Position numbers and translations under genes: made by a program. Shown in pieces: positions 37,300 through 49,275 of a stretch of 64,000 nt of DNA. Below the pieces are notes generated by a model that ran no database searches, had not been told where the DNA came from, and worked only from the letters and a program-made list of their open reading frames with translations. Source of the stretch: Octopus sinensis (taxonomy: Eukaryota); assembly GCF_006345805.1 (NCBI RefSeq), contig NW_021833115.1, forward strand, positions 1-64,000. Direction: 5' to 3'. The stretch's first letter is position 1, and every line of letters begins with the position of its first letter.

Positions 37300-37850
37300 A
37301 TATAACACCACCACCACCACCACCACCACCACCACTACCACCACAATCATCTCCGCCGCCATCACTACCACCATCCACCTCACCACGATTCACACCACCA
37401 CCAACAACAATAACAGTAACAACACTTTCGTCACCACCACCACCATCTGCATCACAACCACCACCTTGCACACCACCGCCACCAGCACCACCAACAGCAA
37501 CAACACTACCTCCGCCGCCGCCGCCCCCACAACCACCATCCATACCACCACCGTTCACACCGTCACCACCACAACAACCGCCACCACATCATCTGCCACC
37601 ATCACCACTACCAACCACACCACCAACATCAACACCACCACCACTACATCCACCAAGATCAACACTACCAACCACAACACCAACATCAACACCACCACCA
37701 CTACATCCACCAAGATCAACACTACCAACCACAACACCAACATCAACACCACCACCACTACATCCACCAAGATCAACACTACCAACCACAACACCTCCAT
37801 CACCATCAAGACCACCACCACCACCATCCCCATCACAACCACTACTAATC
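37300..37850. repeat. (ACC)n low-complexity tract with a 57-bp minisatellite (about 3 units, 37608-37795)
   Basis: caccaagatc at 37651, 37708 and 37765. Confidence 0.9.
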
Positions 37851-37893
37851 CTTCTACTCTAGGTACAAAGCCTGACATGTTGGTGGAAAGGGC

Positions 37894-38290
37894 TCATCAT
37901 CATCATCGTTCGACCTTGGCCGAGACAATGCAATTTACTATGCTACGCCAGACCTTACAGTCCATCATAGCATTACGGAGGTCCTGTTGCTGGATGTCTG
38001 TATCCCTGGAGATTACATCAGGGTAGGAGAGTGTGCGCCCTCTGGTATCGCAAGCAGATGGCTTCCAGAGGAGAAGAGTAGAAATTACCTCGTTTTCAGC
38101 TCTACAACAATGTCCAGCAAACTGGACTCTTCTACCTTTCACAAGAGATGACACAGGTGGTAGTTTCCCATATATTTGTACTTTGGTTGGATGACGCTTC
38201 CACGAGAGATTTTGAGCTCTCATAAGGAGACGAGTGTAAGTTCCATCCAAGCGCTTGAGAGGTGGTTGGATGGAACTTACACTCGCCTCA
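37894..38290 (-). mobile_element. RTE-clade LINE 3' fragment with a short 5' inversion
   Basis: Same peptide as the next copy; inverted 20-bp duplication at 38231-38250 and 38266-38285. Confidence 0.85.
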
Positions 38291-38304
38291 TACATACATA
38301 CGTA

Positions 38305-38820
38305 CAGCATCATCATTGCTCAATCGTGGTCGAGACAATGGAACTTACTATGTTACGCCAGACTTCACGGTCCATCATAGCACTACGGAGGTCCTGTTGC
38401 TGGATGTCTGTATCCCTGGAGATTACATCAGGGTAGGAGAGTGTGCGCCCTCTGGTATCGCAAGCAGATGGCTTCCAGAGGAGAAGAGTAGAAATTGCCT
38501 CGTTTTCAGCTCTACAACAATGTCCAGCAAACTGGACTCTTCTACCTTTCACAAGAGATGACACAGGTGGTAATTTCCCATATATTTGTACTTTGGTTGG
38601 ATGACACTTCCACGAGAGATTTTGAGCTCTCATAAGGAGGCACGTGTAAGTTCCATCCAACCGCCTCTCAAACTTCTTTGATAACGTCCAGGTTTCTGAG
38701 CCATATAGTAGAATTGGTTCGACTGTGGCTTTGAAGATTTTAAGTTTGAAATCTCTACTTAGATTTGATGACCAGATCTTATGCATATCATTACAGGCTG
38801 ACCAGGCCATACCTTTTCTA
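38305..38820 (-). mobile_element. RTE-clade LINE 3' fragment (165-aa open C-terminus)
   Basis: KLKIFKATVEPILLYGSETWTL..RRLDG..FAGHC..W; (GAT)n tail. Confidence 0.85.
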
Positions 38821-39987
38821 GTTAGGAAAGGGCTAGTGGATTATATTCAACCAGTTACTTAACTGTTACTTATTCTTATTGTTCCCCAAAAGGATGAAAG
38901 GCAAGATACAATACAGGACGATATAATACAAAAGAGGACGATACAAAACAATATAAGATGATGTGATATGATTTGATATAATGTAGGGTTACAGGAAGGC
39001 GTGGATAGAATAAAATAGCAAAAACAAAAGAACAGTAATTCAAACAAGAAACCCCCCCCCCCAGTAGTGTGGATTTCAAGGCTGCTCGTGGAAACTCAAC
39101 GATAACACGTTTAACCTGACCATTAGGGAAAGTGCTCCGTCTTCATACTCATCTCTCAAGCTATATGGGGTATGCTTTTGGAGTAGGCCTGTTCACTCGG
39201 ACCATCCTTGCTACATTCACCAAATTTCAGTCAATTTGCTCCAAGGCAAGATTTTCCTCTTCACTTTCACTTTCGTTTTCGGTTAATTTAAATAAAAAAT
39301 TGACGGGATCTTGGACAAAGAGGAAGTTCTGCCTTCATCCCTTTCAATCTCTTTCACTAAGAATCAGACAAATCGATTACATTGATCCAAGTGTTCGAAT
39401 GGTACTTTTTTCTTCGACCTCTTACAATAATGATATTAATGTTTTTTATTGACCACAGGCATCCAATAATTTTATATTATAAAAGAGAAGCGGATCTCCG
39501 TCTGTGTTTCTGTCACAGCATCTGTTAGAGAAAAAAGGGGAGGAATTAAAATATACGTCACAATGTATTTTTTGAAGGGAAGGAGAAAAGTTGTTTTTGG
39601 GAAAGAAATATTGAGAGAAAGAGAGGAAGAGAGAGAGAGAGAGAGAAAGAGAGAGAGTGTGTGTGTGTATGTGGTGTGTGTGTGAAATATAGATAGGTGG
39701 GTAGGTAGTGTCGCCATCATAGTAATTAACAAGTTTCGATTAAAAACACAGGGAATTTTAAGCGCAAGTCTGTCAACACAACACAGCTTTAAAAAAGACT
39801 TTCTTTATATAACAATATAGATAGTTATTATTTTTTAGTTGTGTGTATGTGCATGTGTGTGTGTGTTTCTGTGTGTCTTTCAACATATAGACAATGCAAC
39901 ACATACTTTAAAATAAGACTTTCACTGTAAAGAAAAGTTGTTGGTTTTGTAGCTGTGAGAGAAATTCAGAGAGAGAAAGAGAGAGAG

Positions 39988-40023
<36 letters not shown>

Positions 40024-40374
40024 TAGCAATGGCTAAAGACCTAGTAAAAATAAATAATATCAATAAGGAAAAATAATAATAATAACGGTTTCAAATTTTG
40101 GCACAAGGCCAGCAGTTTACTTTCGACACAATGCTTGCAAAAATAATGTTAAATTTAATACTCCTATAATATAATAGATACAATGTCTGAAATTTGGGTG
40201 AAGGGGGTAGCCGATGACATCGACCCCAGTACTCAACTGGTACTCATTTCATTGACCCGGAAGGGAATGAAAGGCAATGTCCACTTCGGCGGAATTTGAA
40301 CACAGAACGTAAGAACGGATGAAAAGCCGCTGAGCATTTTGTCCGCTTGCGAACGATTCTGCCAGCTTAACGCT

Positions 40375-40589
40375 TTACTCTTTTTTTACTCCTTTACTTG
40401 TTTCAGTCATTTGATTGTGGCCATGCTGGAGCACCGCCTTTAGTCGAGCAAATCGACCCCAGGACTTATTCTTTGTAACCCTAATACTTATTCTATCGGT
40501 CTCTTTTGCCGAACCGCTAAGTTACGGGGACGTAAACACATCAGCATCGGTTGTCAAGCGATGTTGGGGGGACAAACACAGACACACAC

Positions 40590-40634
<45 letters not shown>

Positions 40635-40795
40635 CGACGGGCTTCTTTCAGTTTCCGTCTTTTAAATCCACTCACAAGGCTTTGGTCGGCCCGGGGCTAT
40701 AGCAGAAGACACTTGCCCAAGGTGCCACGCAGTGGGACCGAACCCGGAACCATGTGGTTGGTAAGTAAGCTACTTACCACGCAGCCACCCCTACG
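40375..40795 (-). mobile_element. SINE family B
   Basis: Reverse complement of the family B consensus. Confidence 0.9.
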
Positions 40796-41283
40796 CTTAT
40801 AAATAATAATAACAACAACAACGACGAGAACAACAACAACAATAATAATAATCCTTTCTCCTGTAGGCACAAGGCCTGAAATTTTTTGGGGAGGAGATGA
40901 GTCGATCGCATCGACCCCCAGTGTTTCACTGGTACTTGTTTCATCGACCCTGAAAGGATAAAGGGCAAAGTCGACCCCGGCGGATATTTTTATAATGGTT
41001 TTACTTTAAGCACAATCGCTGCAGAAAATAACGATAATTTAAATAAAGAATAATAGAATAATAGAATAATGGTCATGTAAAAAAAAATATTAGTGTATTT
41101 CTGGAAAGATGATTCATCGATAAATAAAAATACAGGACAGAAAAAACTACAATAGTAAGAAGAAGAATAATTACAACTGCAACAATAATAACAACGATAA
41201 AAGTAAAACGATTATAATTCACTATTTTACGCCGCATCCAGTTCAACCACACCAAACCTTATTATTAGTAGCACATGATAATG

Positions 41284-41329
<46 letters not shown>

Positions 41330-41391
41330 TAATAATAATAATAATAGTGATGATGATGATGATGATGATAATAATAATGATAATAATAATG

Positions 41392-41424
<33 letters not shown>

Positions 41425-41444
41425 TAAAAATAATAAAAAAAAAT

Positions 41445-41565
41445 GAACGAACTACTGAGTTTGGTTTAATGGCCTACCAATGTATACTATGAGTTTCTTT
41501 GCCCTAGGAGTCGGGAAGCCACCCGGCAAGAAATGGAAGCAAATTTGAAAGAAGAAAAAAAAAGT
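41445..41565 (+). mobile_element. R4/Dong-type LINE 3' UTR fragment (family D1) in (AAT)n
   Basis: Aligns with the 3' end of the macrosatellite core; tgccctagg..cccggca motif. Confidence 0.6.
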
Positions 41566-41604
41566 AATAATAATAATAATAATATAATAATAATAATAAT
41601 AATG

Positions 41605-41661
<57 letters not shown>

Positions 41662-41663
<2 letters not shown>

Positions 41664-42169
41664 GATTGGAAGTGTTATCATGTACATTGTTTTGTCTTGG
41701 TATAAAAGATGGGCTACAGCAAATATTCTGCTCAATACCACAGATTTGCTTGTCAGTTGTTTGACCTTAACCAGTTGAGCATGTCCCTTGGTGGCGGACG
41801 CTATGTGCATCTCTGATCACGAGCAGAAGTAGTGGGGGAGCATCATAGCCATGTGTTGAGAGGGATTCTTTGGGGTTTTAATAATTCACCTCTGGAAACA
41901 TGGGTGGTTCGTTCAACATCCTTAAACAATCCTTATTCAGGGACATTTTGAGTGGGATGGGCTACTCAACCTGAAGAAAATTCTAACTGGGCCCCCACCT
42001 GCAAGGTCATGTGCTGTTTATCTTGATATGAGTTCACCATGTCGCGCACATATGGTGGTGATGCATGTGCCTGGTGTACCCTTATCAGACGGGTAGTCAT
42101 GATGGGTATATTGGGCTTCGTATATTTTACCCCAGTGTCACTTTGATGGCATGAACTGCTCTCTCGCTC
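41662..42169 (+). mobile_element. 555-bp AAT-flanked element E, 5'-truncated copy
   Basis: Matches the other four copies; lacks the first 48 bp or so. Confidence 0.85.
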
Positions 42170-42226
<57 letters not shown>

Positions 42227-42227
<1 letters not shown>

Positions 42228-42759
42228 GAAGGTAAAGATGTCACCATCCTCTAGGATTTTCCAGTCAACACTGACAACGATCAAGGCTAATCGACCAGAC
42301 ATAATTGTTAAAGACAGGGAAGAAAATACCTGCAGACTAATAGAAGTAAGCGTCCCCACTGATAAAAATGTATCTGTCAAGGAATTTGACAAACTTAGTA
42401 AATATAAGGACCTGGAAATCGAAATACAGAGGATGTGGAATCTAAAACAAAAACTGTTCCTGTTATTGTAGGTGCCCTAGGTATGATAAAAAAGGGATGT
42501 CAGAAACACCTAGACAATATCCCTGGAAAACCATGTCTCAAGGAAATCCAAAAGATTGTGCTAACAAGTACTGCCCACATCCTTAGAAAAACCCTATCAA
42601 TGTAAATGTTTGTGTTTGCATTACATGGAGATATATCTCTACTTCCCCTCCCCAAGCTTTCAGCTATATTTCAACAACTCTTAACCTTCACTTGCCCTAG
42701 GGCGCTGGGTGTGCCCCGGCAGGTGATTGCATCAAACATGCAGATTAAAAGTAAATGAC
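42227..42759 (+). mobile_element. R4/Dong-type LINE 3' fragment (family D2; restriction-like endonuclease domain)
   Basis: ANRPDIIV..LIEVSVP..KLSKYKDLEIE..VPVIVGALG..TAHILRKTLSM*; (AAT)n on both sides. Confidence 0.85.
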
Positions 42760-42833
<74 letters not shown>

Positions 42834-42846
42834 TAGTAATAATAAT

Positions 42847-42987
42847 CCTACGCAGAACACATCTTACGCAGAACACTTTCCATACAATAACCATCAGAGC
42901 ATCACAACAAATCACAGCACATACCCAAGGCACACAGAGCTGCGCTCGGTAGTGAAGTGAAAGCACGCTATAAAAATAAAACTACTA
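42847..42987 (+). mobile_element. R4/Dong-type LINE 3' end (family D3)
   Basis: EHILRRTLSIQ* plus a 3' UTR closely matching 50248-50458. Confidence 0.75.
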
Positions 42988-43025
<38 letters not shown>

Positions 43026-43065
43026 TAATAATAATAATAATAAAATATTATTATTATAATAATAA

Positions 43066-43565
43066 AAGCACTGGCTCTTCTGGCTGATTAGAAGTGTTAT
43101 ATACATGTTTTGTCTTGGTAGAAAAGATGAGCTACAGCAAATGTTCTGCTCAGTACTATAGATTTGCTTGTCAGTTGATTGACCTTCACCAGTTGAGCAT
43201 GTCCCTTCGTGGCTGACGATATGTGCATCTCTGATCACGAGCAGAAGTAGTAGGGGAGCGTCATAGCCATGTATTGAGAGGAATTCTTTAGGGTTTGGAT
43301 AATTCACTTCTGGAAACATCCTTAAACAACCTTTATTCAGGGACTTTCTGTGTGGAATGTGCTACTCGACTAGAAAATTCTAACTGGGCCCCACCTGCAA
43401 GGTCATGTGTTGTTTACCTTGATATGAGATCACCATGTCGTGCACATATGGTTGTGATGCCTGTGCCTAGTGTACCCTTATCAGACAGGTAGTCATGATG
43501 GGTATATTCGGCTTCGTATATTTTACCCCAGTGTCACTTTGATGGCATGCACTGCTCTCTCACTC
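43066..43565 (+). mobile_element. Element E, diverged copy with internal deletions
   Basis: Same 3' end ctctctcactc|aataat. Confidence 0.8.
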
Positions 43566-43620
<55 letters not shown>

Positions 43621-43636
43621 TAATTATAATAATAAA

Positions 43637-44191
43637 TGCCCTGATGCAGTACCAGGCAGTGGCTCTCAAGGCTTCTGATCTTAACTGATTGGAAGTGTTA
43701 TCATGTACATAGTTTTGTCTTGGTATATAAGATGGGCTACAGCAAATATTCTGCTCAATACCACAGATTTGCTTGTCAGTTGTTTGACCTTAACCAGTTG
43801 AGCATGTCCCTTGGTGGCTGACGATATGTGCATCTCTGATCACGAGCAGAAGTAGTGGGGGAGCATCATAGCCATGTGTTGAGAGGGATTCTTTGGGGTT
43901 TGAATAATTCACCTCTGGAAACATGGGTGGTTCTTTCAACATCCTTAAACAAACCTTATTCAGGGACCTTTTGAGCGCGATGGGCTACTCGACCTGAAGA
44001 AAATTCAAACTGAACCCCACCTGCAAGGTCATGCGCTGTTTATCTTGATATGAGATCACCATGTCGCGTACATATGGTTGTGATGCATGTGCCTGGTGTA
44101 CCCTTATCAGACGGGTAGTCATGATGGGTATATTGGGCTTCGTATATTTTACTCCAGTGTCACTTTGATGGCATGAACTGCTCTCTCACTC
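43637..44191 (+). mobile_element. Element E, full length
   Basis: aataaa|tgccctgatgcagtacc ... ctctctcactc|aataat. Confidence 0.9.
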
Positions 44192-44212
44192 AATAATAAT
44201 AATAATACTAAT

Positions 44213-44246
<34 letters not shown>

Positions 44247-44306
44247 TAATATAATAATAATAATGGTGATGAATGACGATGGCGATGACGATGATGATGA
44301 CGATGT

Positions 44307-44354
<48 letters not shown>

Positions 44355-44445
44355 CGACGATGATGATGGTTGCGATAGCGGTTTTAGTGGTTGTGCTGAT
44401 ACTCATGACGATAATGCTGATGACGATGATGATGACAATAATAAC

Positions 44446-44622
44446 GGGCGAAATGCTTAACAGTATTTCCTCTGTCGCTGCGGTTCTGAGTTCAAATTCT
44501 GCCGAGGTCGACTGTGCCTTTCATACTTTCGGGGTCGATTAAATAAGTACAAGTTTCGCACTGGGGTCGATGTAATCGACTTAACCCCCTCCTCCCCCAA
44601 GTTGCCATTGTGGCAAAATTTG

Positions 44623-44627
<5 letters not shown>
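44446..44627 (+). mobile_element. SINE A with tail type 3, ending in (ATC)n(ATT)n
   Basis: Body plus ccccctcctcccccaagttgccattgtggcaaaatttgaaatc. Confidence 0.75.
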
Positions 44628-44677
<50 letters not shown>

Positions 44678-44773
44678 TATTATTATTATTATTATTATTA
44701 TTACTACTATTATTACTATTATTATTAATATTATTATTATTATTATCATTATTATCATCATTATTATTATTAA

Positions 44774-44835
<62 letters not shown>

Positions 44836-44836
44836 G

Positions 44837-44897
<61 letters not shown>

Positions 44898-44898
<1 letters not shown>

Positions 44899-44965
44899 CC
44901 TCTTTCTTCAAATTTCCTTCCGTTTCTCGCCGAGTGTTTTCCGTACACCTAGGGCAGAGAAGCTC
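44898..44965 (-). mobile_element. R4/Dong-type 3' UTR tip (family D4), reversed inside the (ATT)n tract
   Basis: Minus strand tgccctaggtgtacggaaaacactcggcgagaaacggaaggaaatttgaagaaagaggg|aataat. Confidence 0.65.
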
Positions 44966-44971
44966 ATTATT

Positions 44972-45006
<35 letters not shown>

Positions 45007-45036
45007 TATTATTATTATTATTATTATTATTACTAA

Positions 45037-45075
<39 letters not shown>

Positions 45076-45087
45076 CATTATATTATT

Positions 45088-45180
<93 letters not shown>

Positions 45181-45218
45181 ATTATTATTATTATTGTTGT
45201 TGTTGTTATTATTATTAA

Positions 45219-45249
<31 letters not shown>

Positions 45250-45779
45250 GGCATCATGTTGCCTTCGCATGTAAATGTTAATCGTGAAAGCAATGTGTGT
45301 GTGTGTGGGGGGGGGGGGCGGTGGAACTGGCTGTGACTGTGTTGGGTGGTGGGATGGGTGGTAGGGGGAGGAGATGGACGGCGAAGCGGTGGAGTAGACT
45401 ACACTGAACAGTGTTTTTTTTTTCCAAGTGTGGGAACAGATTGTTGGCGGACAAGAAAATGGAAAATAATGATGCAAACGAGGAAGTCATTGACCTTTCT
45501 TTGAAGACTTCTTTACAAGACACACAGACAGACAAAAGGATATTAAGATAGGCAGAAGGAGAGGGAAAGAGAGAGAGGGGGAGAGAGAAAGAAAGTGTGG
45601 GTCTGTGAGAGAGAGAGAGAGAGAGTGGTTTGGGTAGAAATATGAATTAGTAAATGATGGAATATTTCAGACTGAAAGTTTTAAATAATATTGGAAGGTG
45701 GTGGTGGTGGGGGGGGGAGAAGGAAGATAAGAAAGAAAGACGGAAGGAAGAAGATGAAGATTATGGTAATGAGGAGGAT

Positions 45780-46270
45780 GGTTATGACGGTGACGTAGAC
45801 GGTGGCGGCGACGGTGACGATGACGACGAAGAAGACGAAGAAGACGAAGAAGAAGAAGACGAAGAAGAAGGAGAAGAAGAAGGAGAAGAAGAAGAAGAAG
45901 AAGAAGAAGAAGAAGAAGAAGAAGAAGAAGAAGCAGAAGACGAAGAAGAAGAAGAAGAAGAAGAGAAAGAAGAAGACGAAGAAGTCGAAGAAGAAGACGA
46001 AGAAAAAGAAGAAGACGAAGAGGAAGACGAAGAAGAAGAAGAAGAAGAAGAAGGAGAAGAAGGAGAAGAAGACGAAGAAGAAGAAGACGACGACGATGAC
46101 GAAGAAGAAGAAGAAGAAGATGAAGAAAAAGAAGACGATGACGACGATGACGAAGAAAAAGAAGACAAAGAAGAAGAAGAAGGAGAAGAAAACGACAGCA
46201 AAGTAGAAAAACACGAAAAGGAGAAGGAGGGAGAGGAGGAGGAAGTAGAGGAGGAGGAGGTGGAAGAGGA
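45780..46270. repeat. (GAA)n/(GAC)n purine microsatellite
   Basis: Direct reading. Confidence 0.9.
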
Positions 46271-46800
46271 AGTCGATCATATTTTAGAGGGCAGAGGTAA
46301 GCAGATAACTAAGAAAACAAGTACAAAAAAAAATTTGGAAGGAGATGTAAACAGAAAATTTCAATAAAGAAACAAAATAAATAAATAAATGCAATCCATC
46401 ATCAAAATCTAAAAATAAACTGCAACTGGTTATCTGACCTCGTGACCTTTAATATTCATAAAATCATGTTGAGTTCTATTAACATTTCACTGTTTCAACT
46501 TCTTGGTCATTGTATTACAAAAGAAAGCGTTGAGGAGATTTTCCAATATAGCATTCATTGATAAAAAATATATATTATTATACTGAAAATATTATTCTGG
46601 CGATTTATTTTTTTATTATTATTTAGATTATTGGATTAACATATTGGCAAGATTGACCGTCTGTTCATTCTTTGGTAAAGAAAATCGGGTAGATTTCTTA
46701 TTTTTTCCTTGCGGCTATGGTGAAGATAGTCATAAGGTGAACGCGGATGAAAAAAACGTTTGACAGCCTTTATAAGATTGTTTGAATATCATTTGAAGTT

Positions 46801-47785
46801 AGCGGTATTTCGTCTGCCGTTACGTTCTGAGTTCAAATTCCGCCGAGGTCGACTTTGCCTTTCATCCTTCCGGGGTCGACTAAATAAGTACCAGTTACGC
46901 ACTGGGGTCGATGTAATCGACTTAATCTGTTTGTGTGTCCTTGCTTGTCCCTTCTGTATTTAGCCCCTGGTGTATAGTAAAGAAATAGGTATTTCGTCTG
47001 CCGTTACGTTCTGAGTTCAAATTCCGCCGAGGCTGACTTTACCTTTCATCCTTTCGGGGTCGATAAATTAAATACCAGTTACGCACTCGAGTCGATATAA
47101 TTGACTTAATCCCTTTGTGTGTCCTTGTTTGTCCCTTCTGTGTTTAGCCCCTTGTGGGTAGTAAAGAAATAGGTATCTCGTCTGCCGTTACGTTCTGAGT
47201 TCAAATTCCACCGAAGTCGACTTTGCCTTTCATCCTTTCGGGGTCGATTAAATAAGTACCAGTTACGCACTGGGGTCGATGTAATCGACTTAATCTGTTT
47301 GTCTGTCCTTGTTTGTCCCTTCTGTGTTTAGCCCCTGGTGTATAGTAAAGAAATAGGTATTTCGTCTGCCGTTACGTTCTGAGTTCAAATTCCGCCGAGG
47401 CCGACTTTGCCTTTCATCCTTTCGGGGTCGATAAATTAAATACCAGCTACGCACTCGAGTCGATATAATCGACTTAATCCCTTTGTGTGTCCTTGTTTGT
47501 CCCTTCTGTGTTTAGCCCCTGTGGGTAGTAAAGAAATAGGTATCTCGTCTGCCGTTACGTTCTGAGTTAAAATTCCGCCGAGGTTTACTTTGCCTTTCAT
47601 CCATCCTTTCGGAGTCGATAAATTAAGTACCAGTTACGCACTGGGGTCGATATAATCGACTTAATCCGTTTATCTGTCCTTGTTTGTCCTCTCTGTGTTT
47701 AGGGTTAGTTCCGCACTGGCGTAGACCTCAACGACTGGTCCCCTCCCCCAAAATTTCGGATCTTGTGCCTAGAGTAGAAAAGAAA
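46801..47785 (+). mobile_element. SINE A tandem train, 5 bodies at 184-bp period, ending in tail 2
   Basis: gtat(t/c)tcgtctgccg at 46805, 46989, 47173, 47357 and 47540. Confidence 0.92.
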
Positions 47786-47990
47786 AGAATATGACTTGAA
47801 GAAAAAGTAGGGTGGTAAAAAAAAGGGAGGTGCTGCCCTCCGTAAGAATGGCAAAATCGACGTGACGAACTGCCAAATGGCAACGCTGAACCGCTTAGGA
47901 GCTATGGTGAACAGACTTGTGGCTATGTTGACCAAGACACAGACACGCAGAATAATAATAATAATAATGATAATCATAATAATGATGTTG

Positions 47991-48040
<50 letters not shown>

Positions 48041-48041
<1 letters not shown>

Positions 48042-48380
48042 TGAAGGCGCATGGCTCAGTGATTAAAGCGTCGAGCTTACGATCGTGAGGTTGTGAGTTC
48101 GAATCTCGGACAGGACTGCGTGTTGTGTTCTTGAGCAAAACACTTTATTTCACGTTGCTCCAGTTCACTCAGCTGTAGAAATGAGTTACGACGTCACAGG
48201 TGCCAAGCTGTATCGACCCCTTTGCCTTTCCCTTGCATAACACTGGTGGCGTGGAGAGGGGAGGCCGGTATGCATGGGCGACTGCTGGCCTTCCATAAAC
48301 AACCTTGCCCAGACTTGTACCTTGGAGGGTAACTTTCTAGGTGCAAACCCATGGTCAGTGTCATGACCGAAGTGGGTCAC
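48041..48380 (+). mobile_element. SINE family C (tRNA-derived head, CORE-like domain, (AAC)n tail)
   Basis: A-box tggctcagtg, B-box gagttcgaatc, gtgttcttgagcaaaacacttt; partial copy near 17645-17790. Confidence 0.85.
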
Positions 48381-48423
48381 AACAACAACAACAACAACAA
48401 TAATAATAATAATAATAATATAA

Positions 48424-48454
<31 letters not shown>

Positions 48455-48460
48455 AATAAA

Positions 48461-49015
48461 TGCCCTGATGCAGTACCAGGCAGAGGCTCTCATGGCTTCT
48501 GATCTTAACTGATTGGAAGTGTTATCATGTACATTGTTTTGTCTTGGTATAAAAGATGGGCTACAGCAAATATTCTGCTCAATACCACAGATTTGCTTGT
48601 CAGTTGTTTGACCTTAACCAGTTGAGCATGTCCCTTGGTGGCTGACGATATGTGCATCTCTGATCACGAGCAGAAGTAGTGGGGGAGCATCATAGCCATG
48701 TGTTGAGAGGGATTCTTTGGGGTTTGAATAGTTCACCTCTGGAAACATGGGTGGTTCTTTCAACATCCTTAAACAACCCTTATTCAGAGACCGTTTGAAC
48801 GGGATGGGCTACTCAACCTGAAGAAAATTCTAACTGGGCCCCACCTGCAAGGTCATGTGCTGTTTATCTTGATATGAGATCACCATGTCGCGCACATATG
48901 GTTGTGATGCATGTGCCTGGTGTACCCTTATCAGACGGGTAGTCATGATGGGTATACCGGGTTTCGCATATTTTACCCCTGTGTCACTTTGATGGCATGT
49001 ACTGCTCTCTCACTC
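48461..49015 (+). mobile_element. Element E, full length
   Basis: Same termini as 43637-44191. Confidence 0.9.
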
Positions 49016-49073
<58 letters not shown>

Positions 49074-49275
49074 GTATCAAATTTTGTCACAATTCTTGAA
49101 ATTTTGGGAGAGAAAAGCTTGTTTACCAGCCACATGGTTCCGGGTTCAGTCCCACTGCTTGGCACCTTGGGCAATTGTCTTCTACTATAGCCTCAGGCCG
49201 ACCAAAATTTTATGAGTGGATTTGGTAGACGGAAACTGAAAGAAGGCCGACATATGTGTGTGCGTGTATTGAAAC

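Noticed and set aside
37272-37862. Proline-rich, extensin-like ORF
   Set aside because: (ACC)n low-complexity DNA plus a 57-bp minisatellite.
38305-38345. RTE as donor of SINE A tails 2 and 3
   Set aside because: The RTE 3' end and (GAT)n tail show no similarity to those tails.
43637-43720. HDV-like ribozyme at the 5' end of element E
   Set aside because: The nested double pseudoknot could not be built by eye; only a simple hairpin is supported.
45654-46367. 237-aa Glu/Asp-rich ORF
   Set aside because: A (GAA)n microsatellite that is also open as poly-K, poly-F and poly-S; no splice or domain support.
48041-48115. tRNA-like heads of SINE A, B and C as tRNA genes
   Set aside because: A/B boxes are present, but there is no complete cloverleaf and each runs directly into a SINE body.
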